From: Chiloscyllium plagiosum
Lineage: Eukaryota
Length of the DNA: 64,000 nt
Reading direction: 5' to 3'
NCBI RefSeq assembly: GCF_004010195.1
Contig: NC_057752.1
Coordinates: forward strand, 2,251,750-2,315,749
Shown: piece after piece, positions 25,631 through 38,788 of the stretch
How positions within the stretch are numbered: the first letter of the stretch is position 1
How the letters are laid out: each line of letters starts with the position of its first letter
Made by a program: the position numbers and the translations under genes
The notes under the pieces: generated by a model
What the model saw: the letters and a program-made list of their open reading frames with translations, nothing else
What the model was told of the DNA's origin: nothing
Database searches by the model: none

Positions 25631-26544
25631 TCAGAATTAGATTTTTCGCGCTAATTTGCAGAGATCCAAAAACTGGCAAACAAAAGAGTAGGCGGCAAAA
25701 GAAAATAGTGCAATTAGAAAGCAGCAGCATATTGTGGATGCATTTTGTTCTCATTTTTGTTTTGCAGCAAGATCCTTGATGTTGTCCAGCGTCAATTCCA
25801 GGGCTCATAGGCTCACAGTAATTGCCTGTCCTTACCTAACTCTGCTTTGAATGGAATGAATAGAATGGGGTCATAAGAGCAAAGAACCAAGCCACATCCT
25901 GGTTTTCATTTTCTGCTACACAGATGTGAACTGTAATTTTAAAATCTTAGTAGTAAACTTGACTAGTAATGTGTTAGTGAAATGCATGGTGGATGATGCT
26001 ATTACCCAAACAATGATGGTTAAAGCTACATTATTAATACAAGTCTAAAGAATAAATATTACACTTTTTACTCTACCAGGTTGAGGCTGTCTTGGTGTGG
26101 ATTTTTGTGTTTAGTTCTTTTTCTCAGGGGTCTTGTTTCAAGGGGGTACTGTCTTCAGCGAAGCGTGCATTTCCCTCGGCGCAAACCCCTCCAATCCCAA
26201 AGAAAAGCAAAATCACACTTTGAAAATATGAGCAGCTCATCGCAAAACTGGTGCAGTGCTCTTGTGCCTGTTAACCCTGCTCCCCTTCCTGCAATGAAGA
26301 CAGTGCCCCTTCACACCTCCAAAGCCCATGCTGCATCACTGGTTACCATTCTGCATCGAGGTTTGCTCTGCCTCTTTCAAAACATCAGTCGACTGAAGTG
26401 TATTATTTCACAGATCTCCAAAAGGCACTGTAACTTTAAGACAGCTAGATGATATGACGTGTGATGATGTAGTATAAAAGGTCTCCATCTTATTCTTAGT
26501 TAAACAAGCAGCAGTCAATTATGCATATAATGTAACAGTAACAT

Positions 26545-26635
26545 GAGTAGAGTCATAGAGATGTACAGCATGGAAACAGACCCTTCGGTCTGACCCGTCC
26601 ATGCCGACCAGATGTCCCAACCCAATCTAGTCCCA
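26545..26635 (-). mobile_element. Short CR1 3' end
   Basis: TAGAGTCATAGAGATGTACAGCATGGAAACAGACCC, as at 21400 and 46790. Confidence 0.85.
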
Positions 26636-27024
26636 AAAAAACGGAACCTAGACTACATACAAGTCTGAGACATCACATCAGTGCACATAGCATTGTTGAT
26701 AAACTTCAAGATGTGCATCAAGATGAACCAGTCTTTGTGGTGTATATTACATGGGCTAATGCATAGGAAAGCACTCAGCCCATATCTTTCTACCAGTGCT
26801 GTTTTACTCTAAGTAAACCACATCAGACTGCTACTATTACCTTTTCTGTTTCAGAGGCAGAAGTATACAAAATGTGCCAATACGATATTGACATGATCTA
26901 AAGTGAAGAAAACAAAGTACATATTACATTGGTCCCATCTTCGCAAATAATTTCTGTTCAACTCATATGAGGAATTCTGTCTCAAAAGTATTGCTAAAAC
27001 AAACTCTCTTTAATGCCACCTAAA

Positions 27025-27236
27025 AACCAAAAGAATTGCGGATGTTCTAAATCAAAAACAGAAATTGCTGGAAAAGCTCAGCAGGTCTGACAGCATCTGT
27101 GAAGAGAAATCAGAGTGAATGTTTCGAGTCCGATGACATTCTGAGGAAGGGTCACTGGACCCGAAATGTTAAATCTGATTTCTCTGCACAGATGCTGCCA
27201 GACCTGCTGAGCTTTTCCAGCAATTTCTGTTTTTGT
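27025..27236. mobile_element. Fold-back element made of two inverted Penelope pLTR arms
   Basis: ~80-bp arms (AAAAACAGAAATTGCTGGAAAAGCTCAGCAGGTCTG... / ...CAGACCTGCTGAGCTTTTCCAGCAATTTCTGTTTTT); TCTTTAATGCCAC occurs on both sides (~27007 and ~27238), possible TSD. Confidence 0.8.
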
Positions 27237-27808
27237 CTCTTTAATGCCACAGTGGGTTAATATAACTGCTGTGACTGGATTTAGGTTTAATCTAGATCAA
27301 TGAAACAAAGGTCACCTCTGCTGGTTAGAAGTGTCCTGTGTGAAATGGGTTTGAGAAGTAGTCACCTATTGATTCAATCGCACAAGCATGACATCAATCG
27401 CCAAATAGGGCGATCATAGGTTTCTAAGTGGAAGCAAATCTCAAGTGTAATGGGAGGTGCTTTGGAGCTAAGGATGGGGCCATTATATTGGCAGAAGAGA
27501 GGGAACTTTGCTGTGCATGTTGCTGTGATTATTGGTAGCTTTAATCAACCAATTTAGACATGCTATGACACCTTTGGGACAGGTGGGACTCGAATCCAGG
27601 CTTCCTGGCTCCAAGGCTATGCGAGAACTTAATATTAAAATGCTTGATGCTGACACTAAATGACCAAACTCACTTCCACTGCTCACAACTGGCTGTTTAC
27701 CCACTTCCATTAAAGGGTGAGTTTTGCCAATCTTCACGCTTCAAATTGTTGCCAAAAATGCTGGAGATAGTGGGAACTGCAGATGCTGGAGGATCAGAGT
27801 GGACAAAG

Positions 27809-28110
27809 AATAGATTAGATTACATTACAGTGTGGAAACAGGCCCTTCGGCCCAACAAGTCCACACCGACCCGCCACCCACCCATACCCCTACATTTTCC
27901 CCATACCTAACACTACGGGCAATTTAGCATGGCCAATTCACCTGACCTGAACATCTTTGGACTGTGGGAGGAAACCGGAGCACCCGGAGGAAACTCACGC
28001 AGACACGGGGAGAATGTGCAAACTCCACACAGTCAGTCGCCTGAGGCGGGAAATGAACCTGGGTCTCTGGCGCTGTGAGGCAGCAGTGCTAACCACTGTG
28101 CCACCGTGCC
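27809..28110 (-). mobile_element. HE1-type V-SINE, near full length, inserted in a pLTR fragment
   Basis: tRNA head GGCACGGTGGCACAGTGGTTAGCACTGCTGCC, V-domain TTTCCTCCGGGTGCTCCGGTTTCCTCCCAC, CR1-like tail with (AATCT)n. Confidence 0.92.
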
Positions 28111-28439
28111 GGAGCTGAAAAAAAGCACCGCAGGTCAAGCAGCCTCAGAGCAGAAGGGGAGTCCAGCTGTAAAATGCTGTAAAGGATTCCAAGTCAAGAA
28201 TGGAAAAGAAAATAAAAGCAAAAGAAAATTAACAAAAATGTGACTCTGCAACTCAGTTCCAGAAGGAAGCTGTTGTGGTTTATGGGATGGGGCTTGGCCT
28301 GCAGCTTAACACAGTAAGCAGGACTCCCAACTTCGCATGAGAGATTGCAGAGTCACCCCCTAATGGCACTAATGAACTTGAATTGATCCATTTTATTTCA
28401 CACATTCGGCTCTGCATCATGGCAACATTGGTATAAAAT

Positions 28440-28870
28440 AGTTAAGCTGAACTTGAGGTTCAGTTGATAGGGCTGATGCCTGTTGAGTCAAAAGGTTATG
28501 GTGCCTTGTTCCAAGACCTGTACTCGGTACTGAGGCTGTTAGTCCATCATAGAAGGTATGCTGTGTAATCAGAGGTGCTAACTATTGCTGGTGGTGTAAA
28601 GGACCTTCTGCTTTTTTAGCTGGAGTGAATTACCCCATGACAATATTTGAAGAGGACGAGGGAGTTTCTCCCCCCACCTCCCAGAGTGCCAATCAACAGT
28701 CCTACCTCCAATCAGACTAAGAAAGGCAATTGGTGTGTCACTGCTTGTGAGGTCTTGTGCGCAAAATGGCTGGTATGTGCTCGTGCATAGCAACAAGCAC
28801 TGCAATTCAAAGTGACCCATTGCACACCGGCGTTGAGGTGCAAGCAGGCACTATAAAATGCAAGCTTCCC
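28440..28870 (+). mobile_element. Old Deu-domain SINE (SacSINE1/AmnSINE-like)
   Basis: TTTGAAGAGGACGAGGGAGTTTCTCC and TTGTGCGCAAAATGGCTG motifs; related fragments at ~29545-29660 and ~59395-59540 (minus). Confidence 0.55.
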
Positions 28871-31800
28871 TTTGTCCTTTCGCTCCATCCCTTCCATAGT
28901 GATGTTCTGAAACTCAGTCAGTTTCTCTCGTTCTGTGTATGAGATGGTTTCCCAAAGTTGCCTCTGCTTGTTCGCATGGTTGAGGAGAATGTTAGGAGAA
29001 AAAAGCAAAGAATTCACCTTCAAGTGCCTTTCTTCAATCAATCCCTTAACACCAAAAGCAGATTAGCTAGCTAAGTTATCGAGAGCAGTGGGACCCTACT
29101 GTGCTCAAAATGCAGCATTAGGTTCCAAGTAATTCATTGCTTCTGAAGCACTTTAAGAGATTTCCAAGAGGTTGATAAGGTGCAATATTCATGCATTTTT
29201 TTCTTCCTATCCCAAAATGCATACTTCATGTGACACTGCATTTCCTATAGTTTCTGAAGCATGGTCAGAGTCCACACTTGTGAGGGCAACCAGTCAGCAA
29301 TTTAGACTGATGTTTTGAGGATGATTTGCCCCCAGAGGAAACCTAGCAGTGTGCCCCATATTGTTTTTGAAGAATGTTTTTGTGATACTTGGCAATGCTC
29401 CTGGCCATGAGGCAGGAGGTTTTTCAAATCCCACTCCAGGTTTCAGGTCAGCCCTCCCAGTGGAGTACTGAGAGAACACACTGTCTCACAATCCTACCTC
29501 TCAGAAGAGGCGGTGAGCCTGGCTGTCTCTTTCGATCACCTGGCCTGTCATTGCTTTGCTATTTGTGGAATCTTGCTGTGCGCAAAGTGGTGGCTGCACC
29601 TGCCCGCAAAACAATAGTTGTTGCATCCGAACTGGTTTTTGAGACATCTGGGAATTGTTACAGGCGCACTTAAGTTCCCTCTGTTCTGCAAAGTTGCAAA
29701 TCCTTTGACGTGTAAGATTAGTGATTGGTATCATCGCATGCAATTCTTAAAGGGATTTGCGATGCTAAGTTTTCATGCCCGGATGATAAACTTAATGGTA
29801 CTGATGATTGGGTTAGCTGATCAATTATAGTGCAAGTCTACGTGTCATAACCTATCAGTGAATGTTGGGTTTTAATTACAATTTACTCTGTTATGTCTCC
29901 ACTTTTGCTTTTAATTTTTGTTTCTCTTTAATAACTCTGTCTTAAAATTTCCCCTGTATTAGTGAAAACACTGTCTTCAATGGCTCTGCATCATACAGAC
30001 TGAGTAGGGTGTCTGGGTTTCATCAGCCTGTGCACAGTCAGTTTATCTCAGCTGGCCATTCACAGTGGCACCAACATTGGCTTCAGTACACTTAGGAAAG
30101 GGAGAGGAATGACTACTCTGGTTCCAGCTGCTGGTTATTATCTGCTAACTCCTTCCACTCTGTAGAAACCGAGTGACACCGAGATAGAGATTGCTTATGG
30201 TGATGCTGCTGCAGTCAAATAGCCCAGTAGTAATCATTAAGCCGAATCTTGAAGCTTGACAACTTGATGCGAGTAGTAGACGGTACTTGCCATTTGTAAA
30301 ACAATAAGCCAATATAATTTAAACCTTTGGTAGAGCCAGAGATGGAAAAATGGAGTTTCTTCTGTTCTATCGGCTTTCTTCTCTGAGTTATCGATCTAGC
30401 CATCTTGGGATTGGACTGATCACATTGATGATCAACAGGTATGTCATCGATTTTTCAGGACCATTTGATCAGTCTAAGTTTTTGGAGGTGGCATTTCCTC
30501 TGGTAGTTGGTTTGTCTATCTCCCAAATATAGGACACAGTATGAATCACAGTTGCATGAAACATAAAATAATTTAATGGAACAACTGGAGAGGAACAAAG
30601 TTTGTATGTGCCTCAAGAGAGGACAACACTTGGACAATGTTGCAAAAAAATGGTACTCTCCTTGTGTTAACACCCTGATGTCATAGCAAAGAAACAAAAC
30701 TGGTATTGAGCAAATGAACTATTCCCCCTCAGTGATGCTCAGCACCACTGGCTTTAAATCTATGTGGGGCAGGAAAGGTAATACTACAAATGTATCATTT
30801 TCCTCTTTTTTTAAAAAAAACAAGTCAATATTTTCCTCTCTGACAGCCATATGGCTTCTGGCCAGGACAAATCCGTGTGAGGTCAGAGGTGTTTTGAAAC
30901 GAGCTAATTTGGGGGGAGGGTGGGAGAAGAGGTTTAGTAGATTCTTTAAAAAAGCTTTACAGTTTCTGAATCTGAATCCAGTCCAGTAAGCGAGCTGAAA
31001 GTCTCCTCCCTGATATTTCTAAGACTCTGAAGAGAAATACATTTCCACAAAGTGAGCTTTTCAGAATAGTTTACCAGCTCGCACCATTTGTGGAGAAACT
31101 GAAGGAGCTAGGGACAGCAACCTCCTAAATCTGAGCAATGCAGCAGACAGAATGGAGTTAGTCTTGACTTTGCGTGATAATGTGTAGCATGATGGATGGT
31201 AAGGTCAACAGCTCTCGAGTGGAAATAAAAAGGTGCGCCAAAGAGATGTACAGAAGGATGCTTATTTTACAAAAGTCTCAATATCTCGTTAGTTGAGGTC
31301 ATCTCCCAGGTGTTCAAAGTGACAGAGCGTGGAAATGGCAGTGCATACTCTTGCTATTTGCAAAATGTCTGCTTGCAGCAATCTGAGAGAGTCCTTGCAT
31401 TTAGTTGTAAATCAAACAGTAAGGTGCAGGGCGAATGCAAGTCTTTCTGAGTTAGTTACGTTCAGTCTCCTTCAATTAACAAAAAAGATTGGTATTCACC
31501 ACGTTGCTTAAGTATGAGGGGTGTTGCTCAAGGTATATGGGCATCCTTTGATGAAAGCCTACATCCTCTCTGGTTTTGGTTGGCCACCAACACAGCAGGT
31601 GAACTTGATGACTACATTCCCCTGTGCTATTGATATTGATAAACTTTTGTTAGTAACTTTCAAGGTTATGGGAATGGAGAGGATTAAGTATTTGTAATGG
31701 GTAGCAAACTGTGGTTCAGAACTAAATTTGACCAAATAGACAAAACTATTTTCTCCATTTATAAGCTGGAGAAAAATCCCTTCTAGAATAACAGGAAAAT

Positions 31801-31967
31801 CTTTCCTGATTGTATGCCACATTCTGTGCATGACAGAATGATACCTTCTGTGGGATATAGGTAAAGTAGTGTTACTTCTGCAATCATAATTACTTTGCAA
31901 GGTAAATGAACTCACGCCAGTGTATAATTGTTTCAACCAAGAGCTGAGTCAACAAGAATGAAAACTA

Positions 31968-32515
31968 TGTGAAGGAAATATATAATTGTTTTTGTATGAG
32001 CTAAAATGTACATGCAAGAATGAAACGTGCCTGCAAACAATGGTAGATGTTACAGACAAATAGATAAGGTGCTGTGAGGATGTAGGTTAAGCCAGATTTG
32101 CTTGTACAAGCAGTAGTTATAAGCATCTGTTTCCCACTTCTGCAAAAACAAAAAACAAACCACAATTAAAAGGTCCTAAGGTTCATTATGGTTGAGGAAT
32201 GGGAGGAAATGTCACAAGTAAGGGAAATAGATGGCAGTGAAGGAGGATATACCTAACAACGGACCACAGCAGGATGTGGTGAAATGGCCAAGTAAAACTT
32301 GTACTTTGTTATGCACAAGGCCAGATAAGGCAAGAGATAAACAATAGTAATGGGCACCGGGTTTGAAGTAGTGAATCCTATATACGATATGTACTTGCTA
32401 AACTCTGCGTGTCTATTTTAGGCACCACATTTGCAAGCATATAATAAACATACTGATTGCTTCAGATCTTGTCTTGGACTGAAATTATTGAAGTGAGTGA
32501 GCTTCGTTTCTCACA
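31968..32515 (+). mobile_element. Possible solo LTR
   Basis: TGTGA...TCACA termini, AATAAA ~70 nt from the 3' end; no clear TSD. Confidence 0.45.
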
Positions 32516-33029
32516 CTTCTAATTCAAGGAGATTCAGTGAGATACCCAGAGAATGAGATAGGACATGCGCTTCTGGGAGTCAGTGGAGAGAGATAATTTC
32601 TTCAGCATAATTTTGATAGTCTGATGAAGCATTTTTTTTCTGTGGAGATGGGATCTTGGTATTCTCCCAGAAACCTGTTCATTGTTGCATTACATTAATC
32701 CAAGGGAAAGGGATAGGATTAGACCCTTTTGGAAGGAAGTATGGGCTATAGTGATCTCGAGTAGTTAGGAAATTGGAGAAAGAATCAGGTTCTGAAGTTG
32801 CACAATTTAGCTGCAACTCAGAAATCATGGCCACGTCTCTTCCAATACTCTTGAGAGGGTGAGGTTGAAATGATCTGTCAAAGACAAGCTAATACATTTT
32901 CTCCAATTGCTTACTTGTTTTCAAATGTGCTAAACGTATAGTAAAGTAGCTTTATTCCACTGTTTGATGACTGGCATTTGAGAGTCAAAAGGAAAAGAAG
33001 GGACCCCTTGAAGAATTTATGAGAGTTTG

Positions 33030-33330
33030 TTTCACTCTGTCTCTCCCTCCATCTCTATGCCTCTTGCTCTTTCAATTTCTTTGCGCTGTCTCTCCCTCTG
33101 TCTCTCTCCCTGCATGTGTGCCTCTCCCTCTCCCTATGTTCGCCTATCTCTGTCTCTCTCCCTCTGTTTATCTCCCTGCCTTGCTCTCTGTCCCCTTCTC
33201 TCTCCGTCTCATTCTCTGTAAATCTCTCCTTGTGTGTGTCCTTCTTCCTGCATGCATCTGTCTCCTATGTTACTCCCTCTCCTTATGTCTGTGTTTCTCT
33301 CTTTCTCTGCGTTTCTCTGTCTCTCTCCTC
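33030..33330. repeat. Degenerate CT-rich simple repeat
   Basis: Polypyrimidine (CT/CTGT)n tract. Confidence 0.9.
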
Positions 33331-33875
33331 CACCCCACCCCCTCCTTTTGAACAAATATATGTACCTATATCTGAACCTGAGGTGCTTTCAAAGTCCAAG
33401 AAAAACAGCTCTCCACGTTTTCCACCCACTTGGTCTGTGTGAATCTTTCAGAAGTGTAAGGTCAGTGCCATAGCATTGCTAGTTACTTTTAGGAAAGAAA
33501 AATCTTAATAACTCATGTTAAACAACAAGCCTTGCATTTATTTCAATGTCTGTCTCCACTAGGATCCAATCAAGGTTATACTTGGTTTGGCGACTCCGGT
33601 GGACAAGTTGCCCAGCTAGTGGTTGCACTGAAGAGGTAATCCAGATATGGTTACTCCCAAAAAGGCCTGACTTCCTCCTCCTCCATTTACTCAAGAATTT
33701 GGAATAGTTGCACCCAAAGCTGTGAGTGGTTATGTCTATATCATGTTCAAGTCTCTGCGAATTATACTTAGTGTTTGCCAGCATGGGCCATGTTGGGAAG
33801 AGCCAATAACAAAGAAGGGCTTCTCACTGACAAAGCTCAAGGTTCAAGGGTCAAGTTGAAAGGGCCACACAGAAA

Positions 33876-36800
33876 TGAAATAACTCCACAGAGGCCGGTA
33901 TCCTGTCACCCTTTCTTTACACGTGGAGAGTCCTTGACACTGATCCAGCTCCCTCAGAGTGAACAGAACCTCTGACCCTCCTGTTTATTTTTTCCCCCTC
34001 CTGTTTTTTTTTCCTTCTTCTAACTCAAAAACAAACAATCAAAATAAAAGGAAACCAGAAATCAAAAATGTCTCTCTCTCAAAGAACTCTCTTGTCCTTC
34101 TTCTTAATACACTGGCTGTGGGCCAGCTAGCTCACAGTCAGTCCCCTCCTTTGACACAAAAAGGAGAGTCCTTCACACACTGATCCAACTCCCTCAGAGG
34201 CAGCTCTCAAAGTGATCAGAACCTCTGACCCTCCTGTTTATTTTTTCCCCCCTCCTGTTTATATCTGTAAGCCAGGGCTCCCTGACTGGTGCTGTTAATC
34301 TGGTCCAATCACGGCATTCATATTCTATGAGGTCCACCTGGCTGACCTCATTGCGATCACTACATTCCTCCCCCTCTGAGTCCAAGGACATAGGCTGGTT
34401 CTTTTTCTTATAACCCCTCCTGTGGCTTTTTAGCGGGTCAGGTTCCCCTGACTCTGCCTCTGATATGAGCGTTGTGTAACAAAAAGCAGCTCATCTCTTG
34501 CACCCGGAGTGTCTCGGAAGAAATTAATTCTCCTCTTCAGGCAGCAAAGGCATCAAGGCAGTGACGTCCACCATGTCCATTTCAGATTCTGAGGTATCTT
34601 CAATGCTTGATGGAGAGGGAGAACCCATGGGTTCTCGAACAGTCAGAAAGCCCATTGCGTAGCCGGGCCTGTTTTGCTCCTGCCCATTTTGCAAGTTTGC
34701 AGCTTTTATATGGCCCACATTCTTGTTCAGGACTATCGCACCTACCCGAACGTTATATATCACGAGACCTGACCTCATACCAACCATGCCTTTTACCCAT
34801 GCAGGGCCATTCCCATGGCTGCTGCACCAAACTTCATTCCATGAAGTAAACTGTCTCTCTTATTTAGCAGAATCTTGGGTCTGGTATTGGCGTTCCCGAT
34901 GCCATTTCACCACTGCCATCCCCCAGGTCCAGGAAGATCAGATTTAATCTGGTGTGGAGCGTTTTCCCCATTAGTAACTCTGCTTGAGCTATCACTGTAG
35001 TTACATGGGGGTTGGTCCGATAATCAAATAGGAACTGCAACAGTTTGGTATCTAATTTGGCTGTAGGCTGTTTCTTCAAGCCTGCCTTCAAAGTTTAGAC
35101 TGCTCTTTCTGCCAGACCATTGAATGGTATGGAGCTGTCCTTATATGGCAAATCCCATTCAACTGTACGAAATACTCAAACTCCCTACTGGTAAATGATA
35201 GCCTGTTATCTGTGACCAACACTTCTGGGAGTCCATGTATTGCAAACGATTTGTGCAGTTTTTCTATCGTTGTCCCCATGTTGATAAATGAACCATATGC
35301 ATGTCCAGCCCTTTTGAGTGGGCATGCACAGTGACTGAGAGCATTGAGCCCATGGAAGGACCTGCATAATCGGCATGTAACCAAGTCCAGGGTTTACCCG
35401 GCCATTCCCACAAATGTGGGGGAGCTGCTGGAAGTAGTTTCTGTCCTTGATGGCACTCTGGGCACTGCCCACCAATGCAGCTATGTCTGCATCCAATCCT
35501 GGCCACCAGATGTAATTTCATGCCAACATGTTCATTTTGGATACCCCTGGCTGACCCTAGTGGAGTTTAGCCAATATTTTATGGCGACCTTTGCTTGAGA
35601 CAATCACTCTTGCTCCCCATAATAATATGCTGTCCTCTACTCTACCCTAACCCTGGTCTGGTCTCTCTGGGTCCAGAAAGGTTTCACTTCTGGCTGTGAT
35701 GGCCCTTTGGTTTCCCCCATCCCCACCAGCTGTTTCAGTTTTGCCAGGACTGGATCTTTATGCGTCCAAAGTCTGATATTGTCAGCTGTGACTGGAAGTG
35801 TGTCCAGAAAATTTAAAGCCATTACCGACTCTTCCAGTGGTGGTAGCACCGGTGGTGTATCTGCCAGTGGGAGGCACCTCAGTGCATCTGCATTTGCTAC
35901 TTGGCCTCCCGGACAGTGTTCCAACATGTAATTGTACGCATGGAGAACGAGAGCCCGCTGCTGAATTAAAGCTGAAGCTATGGGCGGCACTGCCTTGGTC
36001 CTCTTTACGTAGACCTAGCAGGGGTTTGTGGTCCGTTATAGTTACAGATTTATGTCCGTAAAGGTATTGGTGGAACTTGCTGACTCCAAATATGACCGCC
36101 AAACCTTCCTTCTCTGTCTGGGTGTATTTTACACTCTGCAAAAGCCAAAGTCCTGGATGCATACGCTATTGAGCGTTCCTCTCCATTGGGCCACCTGTGA
36201 GCTAATACTACCCTGATGCCGTGCAGGGAGACATCGCATGTCAACACCAGATCTCACTGAGGATCATAGTGTGTCAACACCTTAGAGGATGATAGAGGTT
36301 TCTTCACTTCCCTGAAAATTTTGGCATGGCCAATGGATCCTTTCCAAGGCTGACCCTTTTATAAAAGTTAGAAGATGGATGGAGGCCAGGTTATGTATGA
36401 ACTTTCTGTAAAAATTCACCAGTCCAAGGAAAATCTTAAGTTCTGGTACAGATGTGGGAGCCAGGGCACCTTTGACCACCCTCATTTTATCTTCCAATGG
36501 GTGTAACCCAGTCTTGTCGACTCTGTAGCCCAAGTAGGTCACTTGGGGTGCCTGGAACACACATTTTTCCCTTCTCAGGTGAACCTCTGCCTGGGAGAAT
36601 CTAAGGACAATGGCCAGGTTCTCTAAGTGTTCCTAATTGGTCTTCCCTGTTATTCCAGGTCATCCAGATGAATGGCAATCTGGGGTAGACCTTATAAAAT
36701 GTTCTCCATCGTCCACTAAAAAAAACTGCGCAGGCTGACGATACCCAAATGGCAGTCTCGTTTATTGGTACAAACCCTTTTGGGTATTAATTGTAGCATA

Positions 36801-37048
36801 CTTCTGGGAATCCTCATCTAACTGCAATTGCAAGTATGCATAGCTCATGTCCAGCCTCGTGAAGGACAATCCTCCTGCTATCTTTGCATATAAACCCTCT
36901 GTGTGAGGGATTGGGTATTCATCCAGGTGTAAAAAACGGTTTACTGTTTGTATAAAATCCTCACAAAGGGGAACCGACCTCCCAGGCTTCACAATCAGTA
37001 CGACCGGTGCTGCCCATTCCACAACCTGGACTGGTTTGATTAGATTCC
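33876..37048 (-). mobile_element. Decayed Gypsy LTR retrotransposon (RT, RNase H, integrase, PPT, 3' LTR 33876-34364)
   Basis: EWAAPVV, FTRLDMSYAYLQ, VTYLGY, LTCDVS, YTQTEKEGLAV, TDHKPL, NADAL, PWTWLHADYAGP, HGLPEVLVTDN; PPT GAGGGGGAGGAA abutting TGTAG; LTR ends TTTCA. Confidence 0.93.
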
Positions 37049-37170
37049 CTACAGTGTGGAAACAGGCCCTGCAGCCCAACCAGTCCACACCAACCCTCTG
37101 AAGCGTAACCCACCCAGACTCATTTCCCTCTGACTAATGCACCTAACACTATGGGCAATTTAGCATGGCA
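37049..37170 (-). mobile_element. HE1 SINE 3' fragment
   Basis: CTACAGTGTGGAAACAGGCCC...GGGCAATTTAGCATGGC. Confidence 0.85.
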
Positions 37171-37785
37171 TGGTAAAACCTGTGCCCACACCTCCTCCCT
37201 CACCTCTATCCAAGGCCCTAAAGGAGCCTTCCACATCCATCAAAGTTTTACCTGCACATCCACTAATATCATTTATTGTATCCGTTACTCCCGATGCGGT
37301 CTCCTCTACATTGGGGAGACTGGGCACCTCCTAGCAGAGCACTTTAGGGGACATCTCCGGGACACCCGCACCAATCAACCANNNNNNNNNNNNNNNNNNN
37401 NNNNNNNNNNNNNNNNNNNNNNNNNNNNNNNNNNNNNNNNNNNNNNNNNNNNNNNNNNNNNNNNNNNNNNNNNNNNNNNNNNNNNNNNNNNNNNNNNNNN
37501 NNNNNNCCCCATGACTTGTCCGGACTTGTCCTACCTGCCTATCTCCTTTTCCACCTATCCACTCCACCCTCTCCTCCCTGACCTATCACCTTCATCCCCT
37601 CCCCCACTCACCCATTGTACTCTATGCTACTTTCTCCCCACCCCCACCCTCCTCTAGCTTATCTCTCCACGCTTCAGGCTCTCTGCATTTATTCCTAATG
37701 AAGGGCTTTTGCCCGAAACGTCGATTTCGAAGCTCCTTGGATGCTGCCTGAACTGCTGTGCTCTTCCAGCACCACTAATCCAGAA
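37171..37785 (+). mobile_element. Penelope-like element 3' part (GIY-YIG plus pLTR), 125-N gap inside
   Basis: FTCTSTNIIYCIRYSRCGLLYIGETG. Confidence 0.9.
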
Positions 37786-38788
37786 AGGAGTTTAGAGCGA
37801 CAGTTCTAGGCACAGGCTTTGATGGAAATGAAATAGGGCCTTTTAATAATGGGCAGCCAATCTACTATGCCAGTTTTGCATCCAGTGATGAGTTGGTAAT
37901 CTAACTGAATACATGAGTGCCAACGGTCTGGCTGGAACCGAAAGAATGGCAGAGGTTTCGGGTAATCAATTCATGTGGGCCACAGACAATCAGGGAAAGT
38001 CAAGCAAGGTGGCACGATCTGAGTGACAATGTTGCAAGAACTTGCATGGTTAATAATATTGCAAGAGTGAATGACTACAGTGTTATGAAGATGTGGGTGT
38101 ATCTTTAAGAGAGTTAAAAGCAGCAGAACTACTGGACACAGCACCAAGTGTTCTCAATAAGGCAACAATGGGTCAAACAACTCGAGTAGTTTGTTGCCTG
38201 GAGACAAAAACAAATTTGAATTTGGCCAATCAGTTTAAATTATACCCCTACAAAAATGTCAATTTCCAATCCTGTTTGAATTCAGTATATTGACAATCTT
38301 AAAAGCCAATGACACAATCCAATGCTCTGGGGTGTAAGAAAAGAGGAAAATTGAACAGTTGAGAGGAGACCTGGCAAGCCTAACATGTACCAGACTGCTT
38401 GAAAAAACATCTCTCTTAAAGGTACCTTTTTGATTAGTAACCTATGATGCAGAAATTCCTAACAAGGAGAAAAGAAGACACAGGAAGATCCGAAGATAGG
38501 AACCTACAGCTGCCTGGTTTTGAGATAAGAAGTGTTGTTTTGTAAATCTTAATTGGAAGTTTTATCGGGCTAGTATTATAGAAGGAAAGGTAAAAGATAG
38601 GTTAGAGAAAGAAATTGTAAATAGTTGTTAGTTAATTACTCTCTGTTATACTTTAAGAAATAAAGTTGTTAATTTTCACTTTACATAGTTCTTGGCCTCT
38701 CAAATGTTTACAGATTACTGCATGGGATAAATCATTTCTGTGGTGCTGGATTAAATTAAGCAGGAGGGTTTATCCCTGTGTCGTAACA
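37786..38788 (+). mobile_element. Probable long LTR, left end lost
   Basis: AATAAA ~38659 and terminus ...GTCGTAACA. Confidence 0.5.

Noticed and set aside
33019..33473. Leu/Ser/Cys-rich ORFs (also Cys/Val ORFs at 58888-59430)
   Set aside because: Translations of simple repeats.
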